Virus record (IMG/VR): IMGVR_UViG_3300038393_001982
Location: 1-52,040 of that record
Length of the DNA stretch: 52,040 nucleotides
Strand: one strand, 5' to 3'
Origin: a virus
Lineage: Duplodnaviria > Caudoviricetes
Part shown: positions 18,153 through 26,802 of the stretch, one piece after another
Layout: each line of letters opens with the position of its first letter
Numbering within the stretch: position 1 is the first letter of the stretch
Translations under genes and position numbers: made by a program
The notes under the pieces: generated by a model
The model's database searches: none
Seen by the model: only the letters and a program-made list of their open reading frames with translations
What the model was told of the DNA's origin: nothing

Positions 18153-18341
18153 TCACGACTTGCTCCCCGGCTGGCAGCCGCCAGCGCAGGCGACGACGGC
18201 CCAGCCAAGCGCGGCGTGCTCGGGGCCGGTTGGCATCGAGTAGTGGCCAGACGGCTCCAAGTCGGTGTCCTCGCGGCCGCAGTTGATGCACGCGCGCTCA
18301 TGGAGCTGGGCGCGCGTCGGCGGCTCGGCTTCACTCACCAT
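18153..18341 (-). CDS. Small Zn-binding protein
   Basis: AQLHERACINCG...GH...WAVVAC; first gene divergent from the XRE-TPR gene. Confidence 0.6.
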   Translation of the reverse strand: MVSEAEPPTRAQLHERACINCGREDTDLEPSGHYSMPTGPEHAALGWAVVACAGGCQPGSKS

Positions 18342-18426
18342 GCCCCTACCGTCAGTAGGCTTATGACGCCGGTCGGCGACATGGGTAATCGTCGTCGCTC
18401 AAGCGGACGTCCTGAAGGCCTTGCAT

Positions 18427-18495
18427 AGGACTCTTCGAGGACTCCTAGAGGACTTCCCGTTCAGTCATATGCCTGGGCAGTCCCCTAAGGGTCCT
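18427..18495. promoter_or_regulatory. Helically phased operator array
   Basis: AGGACT at 18427, 18438, 18449; inverted AGTCCC at 18479 and GGTCCT at 18490. Confidence 0.7.
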
Positions 18496-18542
18496 ACTCC
18501 GCCGTAGAGTTGGAGCCACCATTGGCCCCTGCGGAGGACACC

Positions 18543-19811
18543 GTGCCCAACACCGCGCTGAAGGCGGCCCGCCAGGCCGCCGGCTACACCAGTCAGCAGG
18601 CGCTCGCCGACGCCCTCCACAAGGCCGGCCGCCAGCTCGCCATGGGTGACATCGTCGTCAGCCTCCGGCAGATCCGCCGCTGGGAGTCTGACACCCCGCC
18701 ATGGCCGAACGAGGACTACCAGCGACTCCTGACGCACGTGCTGCACCAGCCCATCGAGGACCTCGGTTTTCGCGCGCCCTGGGCTCAGGGCGATGTCCGG
18801 ACTGTCCAGCCGGTACCAGCCTCGGCGCCCCCGCCAGCCGCTCCTACCGTGCTGCGCGGCCCGCTTCCCCGGCCGGCCAACCGCAGCGGCTCCCAGCCCG
18901 GCACCGTTGGCGCCGACTACGCCATAGTGACTGAGGCTCACCGCCGCCTCTACCTGTCCGTAGCCCCTGCCGCCCTCCACCGGGCCGTCGCCGAGCACGC
19001 CGCCCTCGGCACCGCTCTGTTGGGCGAGACGTCCGGCGTGGCCCGCCGCATCCTCGCCTCCGCCCTCGCCGAGACGACCCTGCTGCTGGGCCGCATCGAG
19101 TTCTTCGACCTCCGGCAGCCCGATGCCGCGGACGCCACTTTCGTCCGCGCGCTCCAGGCCGCAGGCGAGGCGGACGACAGCCTGCTTGGCGCCGCCATCC
19201 TCGCCCACAACGCATTTGTCCCGGGGTGGTCCGGCCGCCTCGATGCCGCGCGCGAGCGCATGCAGGCGGCCCGCACCTACGCCCGCCGCGCACCCGCGAG
19301 TGCCGAGGTCCTCGCCTGGCTCGATGCCGTCGAGGCCGAGTGCCTCACCCGGTGCGGTGACCACCGCGGGGCCCTGGCTCTGCTGCGGCGTGCCGAGGAC
19401 GTGCTCGCGGCCGGCGGAGACATCGCCAGCCCCGACTGGTTCACCTGGTTCTCGCCCGTGCGGCTCCACGCATTCCGCGGCAACACGGAGCTGGTGGCGG
19501 GCCTGATCCCGCAGGCCCGAACCACCCTGGCGCAGACGCTTGTCGAGCTACCCGAGACCGACGGCAAGCAGCGCGTTGTTGTGCTCGGCGACCTAGCCGC
19601 CGTCGAGGCCGCGGCCCAGCACCCGGACGAGGCCTGCGCACTGCTGGAGCAGGCCCTCGACCAGCTCACCGTCACTTGGTACGAGACCGGCATGGAGCGC
19701 GTCCGCGATGCCCGCCGGGCCCTCACCCCCTGGCAGGAGACGGCGGCCGTCCGGCGCGTGGACGACCGCCTCTACTCCTGGTCGGCGACCCTCAACTCGC
19801 TCCAGCGTTGA
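18543..19811 (+). CDS. XRE-family HTH regulator with TPR-like helical sensor domain
   Basis: LKAARQAAGYTSQQALADAL...RQIRRWES..P.WP; Ala/Leu-rich helical repeats; GGAGGA RBS. Confidence 0.85.
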   Translation: MPNTALKAARQAAGYTSQQALADALHKAGRQLAMGDIVVSLRQIRRWESDTPPWPNEDYQRLLTHVLHQPIEDLGFRAPWAQGDVRTVQPVPASAPPPAAPTVLRGPLPRPANRSGSQPGTVGADYAIVTEAHRRLYLSVAPAALHRAVAEHAALGTALLGETSGVARRILASALAETTLLLGRIEFFDLRQPDAADATFVRALQAAGEADDSLLGAAILAHNAFVPGWSGRLDAARERMQAARTYARRAPASAEVLAWLDAVEAECLTRCGDHRGALALLRRAEDVLAAGGDIASPDWFTWFSPVRLHAFRGNTELVAGLIPQARTTLAQTLVELPETDGKQRVVVLGDLAAVEAAAQHPDEACALLEQALDQLTVTWYETGMERVRDARRALTPWQETAAVRRVDDRLYSWSATLNSLQR

Positions 19812-20454
19812 TCTTCGCGATCAGCTCCGGCAGCTCCGCCAGCGAGTCGATCCGGAACGTCGCCTGGTCGGCGGCCGGGTCGTGCTGCTGAATCCAGCCC
19901 CACGGGCCGCGCCGGATCAGGGCCGTCTGCATCCCCGCCCGCGCGGCGGGGAGCACGTCGTTGTCGAGCCGGTCGCCGACGTACAGGATCTCGCCCGGCT
20001 CGGCCGGCGTCACCTCGGCGACCCGCTCGAAGAACAGCGGGTCCGGCTTCGATGCGCCCCAGTCGTCCGAGGTGCCAATCAGGTCGACGTCGGCGGTGAA
20101 CAGCTCGCGGAGGATGCCGCCCGCGCGGACCGTCTGGTTCCCGGCAATGGCCAGCCACAGGCCATCCGCCCGGAGCTGCGCGAACGCCGGCCGGACGTCC
20201 GGGTACAGGTCCTCCTCGCCGAAGTGCTCCGGCCTGCCGGCCGCGGCCCGCTTCTCCCGCTCCTCGTACAGGTCGAACCCAGGCCGGAACACCTGGAACG
20301 TCTCCCGGTAGTCCCGGCCCTGCGCGATCACCGCGCCGAACTGGGCCACGAAAGTGTGCCGCGGCACACCCAGCCAGTCCGCCCACGTGCCGTACTCCCG
20401 GGTCTCATCCACCAGGCACTCGCCGACGTCGAAAACCACTGCCCTGATCGTCAT
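19792..20454 (-). CDS. HAD-superfamily hydrolase
   Basis: FDVGECLVDE (motif I), AGN, KPDP..F, YVGDRLDND. Confidence 0.9.
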   Translation of the reverse strand: MTIRAVVFDVGECLVDETREYGTWADWLGVPRHTFVAQFGAVIAQGRDYRETFQVFRPGFDLYEEREKRAAAGRPEHFGEEDLYPDVRPAFAQLRADGLWLAIAGNQTVRAGGILRELFTADVDLIGTSDDWGASKPDPLFFERVAEVTPAEPGEILYVGDRLDNDVLPAARAGMQTALIRRGPWGWIQQHDPAADQATFRIDSLAELPELIAKINAGAS

Positions 20455-20512
20455 CCCCGCAGCCTAGCGGCGGGGAGGACGTCCTGTCGGTGGCGTCTCG
20501 TACGATGGCGCC

Positions 20513-20779
20513 ATGCCCAAGCCTCTGCCGTTGCCCGATGATCTGCTGCCCCTGCACACTGCGGTGGTGCTGGCGGACCGCGGCATGACCGAGGCGCGGG
20601 AGGCCGGCGGGGACGTGGACGCCGCGCGCGAGCAGTACGTCCAGGCCGCCCTCGCTCTGCGCGCCCACCCGATCTGGGAGCAGGCCCGCACCGCCGCGGA
20701 GCCCTGCTACGCGCAGACCTGGCAGGCCAGCCTCGACGCGGCCAAGGCCGCGCTCGACGAGGAGCCGGCCGCGGCCTGA
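20513..20779 (+). CDS. Hypothetical helical protein
   Basis: Open frame followed by a terminator hairpin. Confidence 0.6.
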   Translation: MPKPLPLPDDLLPLHTAVVLADRGMTEAREAGGDVDAAREQYVQAALALRAHPIWEQARTAAEPCYAQTWQASLDAAKAALDEEPAAA

Positions 20780-20797
20780 GCCCAGACACGACGAAGC

Positions 20798-20825
20798 GCC
20801 CCGCCCTCCCGAAGGAGAGCGGGGC
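20798..20825 (+). terminator. Intrinsic terminator
   Basis: gccccgccctcc-cgaa-ggagagcggggc. Confidence 0.65.
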
Positions 20826-20866
20826 ATTGTGCTGTGGGGGTTCATCACCCTTGCGAGTGAAGCCTC

Positions 20867-20895
20867 TTGCACTTTGAAGCACAGTGCTTCATAGT
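20867..20895 (+). promoter_or_regulatory. Housekeeping-type promoter with a palindromic operator between -35 and -10
   Basis: TTGCAC-17nt-CATAGT; TGAAGCAC-A-GTGCTTCA at 20875-20891. Confidence 0.7.
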
Positions 20896-20922
20896 TGGGG
20901 GTGTCGAGAGAGGGAGGCCCCG

Positions 20923-21438
20923 ATGACAGCCATCACCACCACCAACGCCGCCGTCCAAGCGGGGGTCACGGTCGACACCATCCGCACCTGGTGCCGCACC
21001 GGCGCCGTCGCCGCCACCAAGACCGCCGGCCGCTGGATCATCGACGCCGCCTCCCTCGCCTACCGCATCAAGCTCCCCACCCTCCTTCGCAAGCGCCGCC
21101 CCGTCGCCTTCACCACCGAGAACCTGGTCGCGATCGGCGGCAACCGCTGGCAGCGCAACGGCCACGACCGCGTCTACCTCAACGACTGGGCCGAGCTGGC
21201 CGGCCTCGACGTCTCGTACTACAAGTCCGGCAACATCAACGGCGCCGCCTGGCAGGGCGAGGGCATCTCCAACTCCCAGGCCCGCCTCATCCTCGGCAGC
21301 ATCTCCAAGGTCTGGTTCGACGCCGCCGACGGCAAGCTCCACCGCCGCTACGGCTACAGCGAGTCCCGCGTTGCCAGCCGCAACGAGATCTGGGACGCCG
21401 TCGTCGCCGGCATCCGCACCGCCATCGCCGCCCTCTAA
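20923..21438 (+). CDS. MerR/Xis-like HTH fused to an unknown domain
   Basis: TTTNAAVQAGVTVDTIRTWCRTGAVAATKTAGRWIID; GGGAGG RBS. Confidence 0.75.
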   Translation: MTAITTTNAAVQAGVTVDTIRTWCRTGAVAATKTAGRWIIDAASLAYRIKLPTLLRKRRPVAFTTENLVAIGGNRWQRNGHDRVYLNDWAELAGLDVSYYKSGNINGAAWQGEGISNSQARLILGSISKVWFDAADGKLHRRYGYSESRVASRNEIWDAVVAGIRTAIAAL

Positions 21439-21457
21439 CCAGGAAGGAACCCACCTG

Positions 21458-21979
21458 ATGAGCACCACGCACTTCACCGCCTGGGTCACCAGCGCACCCG
21501 ACTGCCTCGACGGCGACAACTGCGACGTCACCGTCCTCCCCGACGAAGCGAACACCTACTACGACGGCGACGAGGAGACCGTCAGCTGGGAGTCCACCGG
21601 CACCGACGTCTTCCAGGCCGCCACCAGCGTCGACGCCCGCGACGGCGACATCGACCAAGCCATCCGTGAGGCCAAGGAACTGCTGGAGAACGCCGGCTGG
21701 CGCGTCACCGGCACCTGGGCGGCCGTCGACACGGGCTACGTTGCCGAGGTCGAACGCTGGGACCCTGACGAGACGTGGACCCTTCAGCAGGCCACCGACT
21801 ACATGGGCGCCGCCACGACGAAGGTCGCCGCACAGGCCCTGCGCCGCCTCGGCGTCGAGGCCGTCGGCCGGGCCCCCGGCCGTGGCGGCCAGTCCATCTA
21901 CACCACCGCCGAGGTCATGTACGCCCGCGCCACCCGTCCCGGCCAAGGCGCCCGCACCGACCTCAAGGACGCCGAGTGA
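21458..21979 (+). CDS. Acidic domain fused to a C-terminal HTH-like domain
   Basis: WTLQQATDYMG...ALRRLGV...RPGQGARTDL. Confidence 0.7.
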   Translation: MSTTHFTAWVTSAPDCLDGDNCDVTVLPDEANTYYDGDEETVSWESTGTDVFQAATSVDARDGDIDQAIREAKELLENAGWRVTGTWAAVDTGYVAEVERWDPDETWTLQQATDYMGAATTKVAAQALRRLGVEAVGRAPGRGGQSIYTTAEVMYARATRPGQGARTDLKDAE

Positions 21980-22725
21980 CCGACGCCGAGCAGGCCCCGG
22001 CACCGTCCTGCCGGGGCCTGCGGTCCTGCGGTACACCGTCAGGCTGGCGCACCGGATGCCGGGCAGGCGCCTGCCGCACCGCCCACAACCAGGACACACG
22101 CGACTACCGGCGCGCCAAGGCATCCCCTCCACCAGAGCAGGTCGAAGCCCTGGCTGCCGGCCTCGCGCGCGGCGCGGACGTTTCAGCAGCCGCCCGCAGT
22201 GCCGGGATCAACCCCCAGACCGCTCGCACCCTCGCGAAGTCCGACCCGCGCGTCACGGCAGTCCTGGCCGACCAGCCCGCTACCAAAGCCGAACGCCAGA
22301 CCCGCTACCTGCAGGCCATTCTGACCCCGGGGACCAGCGTCACACAGGCGGCCGAGGAAGCCGACGTCAGCCGCGCAGCACTCCGGAGCTGGCGCAGGGA
22401 CGCGACGTTCGCCGCCGCGGAACAGGCGCTGCTCACCTGGCGTACGTCCGCAACGCCGGGACGCGCTACCCGCCACCGCCGGACCGTCACCCCCGAACAG
22501 ATCGAAGCGTTCTTCGACGCCCTGGCCTCCGACCCGACCCTGGCCCTCACCCGCGCGGCCCGCATGGCAGGCATCGACCTCGGCGCCATCCATTACCGGG
22601 CCGACCGGGACCCGGATACCGCCGCGCGCCTTCAGGCTCTCAGACCAGGCAGCAAGCGCCCCATCCTCAGCAGCCCGACCCGGGACCTGCCCGAGATCCG
22701 TACCGACCTCAAGGACGAGGCATGA
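21976..22725 (+). CDS. Multi-HTH protein with N-terminal Cys motif
   Basis: CGTPSGWRTGCRAGAC; three HTH-like repeats (VSAAARSAGI, VTQAAEEADV, LTRAARMAGI). Confidence 0.65.
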   Translation: MTDAEQAPAPSCRGLRSCGTPSGWRTGCRAGACRTAHNQDTRDYRRAKASPPPEQVEALAAGLARGADVSAAARSAGINPQTARTLAKSDPRVTAVLADQPATKAERQTRYLQAILTPGTSVTQAAEEADVSRAALRSWRRDATFAAAEQALLTWRTSATPGRATRHRRTVTPEQIEAFFDALASDPTLALTRAARMAGIDLGAIHYRADRDPDTAARLQALRPGSKRPILSSPTRDLPEIRTDLKDEA

Positions 22726-23588
22726 GGCCGTCCAACCTCCCCAAGGTCCGCGACCAGGTGCTGCGGCATCTCGACAACCCCTCGGCGCCCGTGCGCGCCC
22801 ACACCGGGCAGCACAACCAGGACGGCCTCGACACCCACGCCTCCTACCTCCGAGCCGCCGAACTGTACTGGGCCGCACCCGACATGGCAGCCCTGGCCAT
22901 GTCCGCCGGCGTCCAACTCGCCGCAGCCAGCTGGACCGCCCAGGACCGGCCCGCACCCCACGGGCTGATGGTCTTTGACGGAGGCATCGGCAACATCGAC
23001 TACAACGGCGTGCCCGTCCCCGTCGAAGCCCTCACCTGGGGCCCCGGCCACCACGGATGCGACATCGGCCTCTGGCTCACCCGCACAACGCTGGCCGAAC
23101 GAATCTCCAGGTTCGCCGTCCTCGAAACAGACGAGGTGCCGCCCCTGATCCCACTGGCCTCCCACGTCCTCCCCGCCACCACCGAGCCGGTCCCCTTCGC
23201 CAGCCTGCCCGGCAACGCACCCGCGCCGGTAGTCGCAGCACTCGCCGCCGCCTGGCTCCTCATGAACCAGCCGACCCTCGTCGAGCGCACCACCGAACCC
23301 GCGGACAAGGCCACAACACGCGCCTACAAGCGACGCCAACAACCCACCCCGGGTGTCACCCTCATCGACCTGCGCCGCGCCTACGCCCCCGACAACCGCG
23401 AGGAGACCGGCACCGACCCAGCCGGCCGCCACTACCGGCACCGCTGGGTCGTCCAAGGGCACTGGCGGGACCAACCGCACGGCCCCGAACGCTCCCTGCG
23501 GCGGCGGCAGTGGATTCCCGCCCACATCAAGGGGCCCGACGGGGCTCCGATGCTGGCAACAGAGCGCGTGAACGTCTGGCGCCGATGA
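22722..23588 (+). CDS. Conserved MGE protein with GHWR motif (possibly AcrVA2-like)
   Basis: HRWVVQGHWRDQPHGP...RQWIPAHIKGP. Confidence 0.65.
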   Translation: MRPSNLPKVRDQVLRHLDNPSAPVRAHTGQHNQDGLDTHASYLRAAELYWAAPDMAALAMSAGVQLAAASWTAQDRPAPHGLMVFDGGIGNIDYNGVPVPVEALTWGPGHHGCDIGLWLTRTTLAERISRFAVLETDEVPPLIPLASHVLPATTEPVPFASLPGNAPAPVVAALAAAWLLMNQPTLVERTTEPADKATTRAYKRRQQPTPGVTLIDLRRAYAPDNREETGTDPAGRHYRHRWVVQGHWRDQPHGPERSLRRRQWIPAHIKGPDGAPMLATERVNVWRR

Positions 23589-23597
23589 AGACGAGGA

Positions 23598-23629
23598 CGC
23601 CCCCGCCGGCACGTGGCCGAGCGGGGGCG
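23598..23629. terminator. Bidirectional hairpin between convergent genes
   Basis: cgccccccgc...gcgggggcg. Confidence 0.55.
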
Positions 23630-23636
23630 CGGTGGT

Positions 23637-23903
23637 TCAGCGGGAGACGAGCGGGACGACAGCGACGCCGAGCGCGGCCAGGCCGGTCAGTGCGCCGATC
23701 GTCGGCAGCGGCCAGCGGTTGGCCTCCAGCCGGCGGAGTCGGGCTTCGTGGTCGCCGAGTCTGGAGTCGACGTCCCGATCGGCGGCGCCCAGCGCATCCA
23801 GCTTGGCCTCCAGCCGGATCAGGCCATCGCCCACCCGCCGAACCTCCTCGTACATCTGAGCAGCAGTGATGACGATCCCCGCGTCCGGGGCCGGGCTGGT
23901 CAC
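23637..23903 (-). CDS. Lysis-cassette membrane protein (coiled coil plus C-terminal TM helix)
   Basis: DHEARLRRLEANRWPLPTIGALTGLAALGVAVV. Confidence 0.7.
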   Translation of the reverse strand: MTSPAPDAGIVITAAQMYEEVRRVGDGLIRLEAKLDALGAADRDVDSRLGDHEARLRRLEANRWPLPTIGALTGLAALGVAVVPLVSR

Positions 23904-24124
23904 TCTCGAACCTTCGGCAGTATGGCGGCGGTCGTCGGGTCCCCGACGAACGTGCCGATCGCGCCCTTCAGCACGGTCAGCCCGGCCGGGAGCGCGGCCA
24001 CCGCGGCCGCCCTCAGCGCGCTGATCGAGGTGAGGTCGAACCCGTCGGCCAGCAGCAGGCCGAGGAACGCGACCGCGTAGGTGGCGACCGTGCGCTCGGT
24101 GAGGTCGAGCCAGAACTTCCGCAT
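23900..24124 (-). CDS. Holin (r1t-like)
   Basis: FWLDLTERTVATY, two TM helices, follows the endolysin. Confidence 0.75.
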   Translation of the reverse strand: MRKFWLDLTERTVATYAVAFLGLLLADGFDLTSISALRAAAVAALPAGLTVLKGAIGTFVGDPTTAAILPKVRE

Positions 24125-24126
24125 GG

Positions 24127-25662
24127 TCAGGACTCCTTCGTGGAGGTGGTGAGGTGAACGGTGATACCGGCGATGGCCTGCTCGATACGGGCGACCAGGG
24201 CGTCGGTATCCACCGGGCCGCCAGCGGCGAGCTGCTGGGCCAACGCGGTAATCGCCGCGGACTGGGCGGCCAGCTGGGTCGAGAGCGCGGCGATCTGGGT
24301 GTCTGCCTGCTTGGCGCCGTTCAGCACCTCGCCGACCGTCGGCCGGTAGCCGCTGGCCAGGACGGCGTAGTCCGGCATCGGCGCGTCCAGCAGCAGCCGC
24401 GGCAGATCCGTCCGGAGCGCGGCGAGTAGATCGTCCGCACTCTTCGCTCCGTTCAGCAGCTCCGCCACCATCGGCACGTAGCCGTCCGGCAGGGCCGCCA
24501 ACGGCACCCGGGCGGCGAGCAGTTCGTCAGGGGTCATGTCGTCCTCCTCGGGACGCGGGGCCCCGGCCTGGACCCACGCGTACAGCGGGCCGCCGGGGCA
24601 GTCGGTTTGGTAGCCGTCGCGGTGGCCGCGGATCTCGGGACCGGCCGGACCGCGCCGCTGGCAGTGCTCGATCGCGTCGCGCAGGCCGTTCAACTGCTCG
24701 GGCGTGGGCTCGGTCGACCCGGAGGACCCGAGCAGCGCGCACACCGCGTAGTGGGCCTCGTTCAGCCCGGTGTCGCCGTTGGCGGAGTTGCGGCGGGCCA
24801 AGCCGCGGCCCTCGAAGACGAAGCCGTGCTCGCACACCACGAAGCTGTAGCCGATGTCGGACCAGCCGTTGCCGTCCATGTGGCTGGCCTGGATCTTGCG
24901 TACGTAGGCTGGGCACGTTGAGTGGTCCCCGAAGGCGTACGGCTCCCCGAGGTAGTGGATTTTCACCCCGGCGCGGGGACCGGCGTACGGGGTCGAGCCG
25001 CCCGGTTCCCGCCACGGCCGGGCGCCCCATTCCTCGCGGGTGACGAGTCGCAGCCCGGCCCACTCGGCAGGGCCCTTGGGGGGCTGGGCAGCCGCCGGGG
25101 CGGTCGATCCCGCCCACGCCCGCAGATCGTCGAGCGACCCCGCATAGACGTTGGTGTCGACCGGGCTGTCCGCGTACTGATGGAACCGCCACGAAGCCTG
25201 GACCCGGGGCGAGCCGGCTGGGACGCCGTAGTCGGCGATCCACAGGAACGATCCGGCGTTATCGTCGGTGCGGTGCCACCAGTCCGTGTTGGTGTACAAC
25301 CCAACCCGGTTGTTTGGGTAGCGGGCCTTCACTGCGGCCAGCCAGGCGTTTTTCGCCGCCGTCGCCTGCGCGTCGGACACCGGCTGGCCATACGGCTCGA
25401 AATCGAGCACCAGCAGCTCGCCAGCCGGGACGTCGCCGACCACACGGCAGAAGTGGTCGACCTCGGCGGCGACCGGGTTCTCGGCGTGCAGGAAGTGGTA
25501 GTGGCCGAGCGGGATGCCGCGGCGCCGGGCCTCCGCCACTTTGGCCGCATACCCGGACTGCTCAGTGCGGGCGCCCTCGGACGCCTTCACGAACACGAAC
25601 TCGGCGTCGGTCGGTATGCCTGGCTGGTAGTCCGACAGGTCGTAGCCGCGGGCGCTGGCCAT
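24127..25662 (-). CDS. Endolysin: GH25 muramidase plus Amidase_2/PGRP plus C-terminal domain
   Basis: DLSDYQ...KASEG...YHF...LDFE...WIADY...HQY; REEWGA...IHY...GWSDIGY...EGRG...GHRD...CPG. Confidence 0.9.
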   Translation of the reverse strand: MASARGYDLSDYQPGIPTDAEFVFVKASEGARTEQSGYAAKVAEARRRGIPLGHYHFLHAENPVAAEVDHFCRVVGDVPAGELLVLDFEPYGQPVSDAQATAAKNAWLAAVKARYPNNRVGLYTNTDWWHRTDDNAGSFLWIADYGVPAGSPRVQASWRFHQYADSPVDTNVYAGSLDDLRAWAGSTAPAAAQPPKGPAEWAGLRLVTREEWGARPWREPGGSTPYAGPRAGVKIHYLGEPYAFGDHSTCPAYVRKIQASHMDGNGWSDIGYSFVVCEHGFVFEGRGLARRNSANGDTGLNEAHYAVCALLGSSGSTEPTPEQLNGLRDAIEHCQRRGPAGPEIRGHRDGYQTDCPGGPLYAWVQAGAPRPEEDDMTPDELLAARVPLAALPDGYVPMVAELLNGAKSADDLLAALRTDLPRLLLDAPMPDYAVLASGYRPTVGEVLNGAKQADTQIAALSTQLAAQSAAITALAQQLAAGGPVDTDALVARIEQAIAGITVHLTTSTKES

Positions 25663-25714
25663 CAGGCCTCCAGGGATGCGAGAGCCCCCGGCCGAACGGC
25701 GCGGGGGCGGGTGG

Positions 25715-26059
25715 TCAGGGTGTGGGCGGGGCCGCGGGGCGAAGGCTGGCGAGCCAGTCGAGGCGCTGGACCGCGAGCGCGGCGCATTGCTCCACCGCGG
25801 CCTGCACCGCCGCAGGCGAGGGCTGCCACGGACTGCCCGGCTGGTAGGCGTACACCGTGGCCGTGGCCAGAGTGACCGCGGCGGCCCCGTCCGGGCTGAT
25901 CACCAGGATCTGCGCGTCCACGGTCGGGGTGTCCCGGCGCCCGGGCTGGGCATCCCGGATCATCACGTCCACAGAGAACCCCCGCTCGATGACGGGGGCC
26001 AGGGCACGGCCGGCGTAGTCGACGGCGATGCCCCACGGGTGGGCAGGGTCAGGGGTCAC
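25715..26059 (-). CDS. Hypothetical protein at the end of the tail module
   Basis: GGAAGG RBS, open frame. Confidence 0.55.
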   Translation of the reverse strand: MTPDPAHPWGIAVDYAGRALAPVIERGFSVDVMIRDAQPGRRDTPTVDAQILVISPDGAAAVTLATATVYAYQPGSPWQPSPAAVQAAVEQCAALAVQRLDWLASLRPAAPPTP

Positions 26060-26073
26060 AACGGGGCCTTCCG

Positions 26074-26802
26074 TTAGTTGGAGCCGTACATGCCGCCGTT
26101 CCACGAGGTGCACGTCCCGGTGCCGGCCGTGCGCTGGACCTGGATCATCAGGTAGACCCACGTCCCGAACGCCCCGCCGTGGTCGGCGGGCGTGAGCGTG
26201 AAATTTCCGAAGGTCTCACCGCCGGTGGCGGTGATCGTCGATCCGAGCTGGGTGATCGCGCCGGCCACGTTCTTGACCAGCCGGGCCTGGGCAGTCGTCC
26301 CGCCCGGCGCGAACACGGAGAAATTCGTCGTCAGGTTCGGGTGCTGAACGTGCCACCAACCGACGTGTGTGTGCCGCCACGTGGCGTCCGTGAAATCCAC
26401 GCCCGGCTGCATCGGCACCGGCAGGTAGGGCCGGCCGAGACCGCCATTCACCACGTCGTCCGACACGACCACGTTGCCGTTCTTGTCGCGTACGGCGACG
26501 GTCTGGGTCATCGGGCCGGTGCCGCTGTTGGCGATGCTCACCGCCAGCGAGCCGTCCTGCCGGTAGGCCAGCAGGCCGCGCTGCGGGCTGCCGTCGGGGT
26601 TCAGCGGGCTGATGCCGCCGACGTAGAACATCGGGTCGCCGTCGACGTCGTTGACCTTGAACGTACCGCCCTGGCCAACGACGACGTCGCCGGCCAGGAC
26701 CTGGTTCATCGCGGGCCGGATCTGGCTGCGGCCGGTCAGATCCCGCACCTGCTGTTCGAGGTCCCGGATCCGATCCAGGATGTCGTACGGAACCTGCGGC
26801 AT
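26074..26802 (-). CDS. Minor tail protein
   Basis: PYDILDRIRDLEQQVRDL N-terminal coiled coil, beta-rich body. Confidence 0.75.
   Translation of the reverse strand: MPQVPYDILDRIRDLEQQVRDLTGRSQIRPAMNQVLAGDVVVGQGGTFKVNDVDGDPMFYVGGISPLNPDGSPQRGLLAYRQDGSLAVSIANSGTGPMTQTVAVRDKNGNVVVSDDVVNGGLGRPYLPVPMQPGVDFTDATWRHTHVGWWHVQHPNLTTNFSVFAPGGTTAQARLVKNVAGAITQLGSTITATGGETFGNFTLTPADHGGAFGTWVYLMIQVQRTAGTGTCTSWNGGMYGSN

Noticed and set aside
18543-20779. Canonical arbitrium (aimR-aimP)
   Set aside because: No short signal-peptide ORF downstream of the TPR gene; the next gene is a convergent HAD hydrolase
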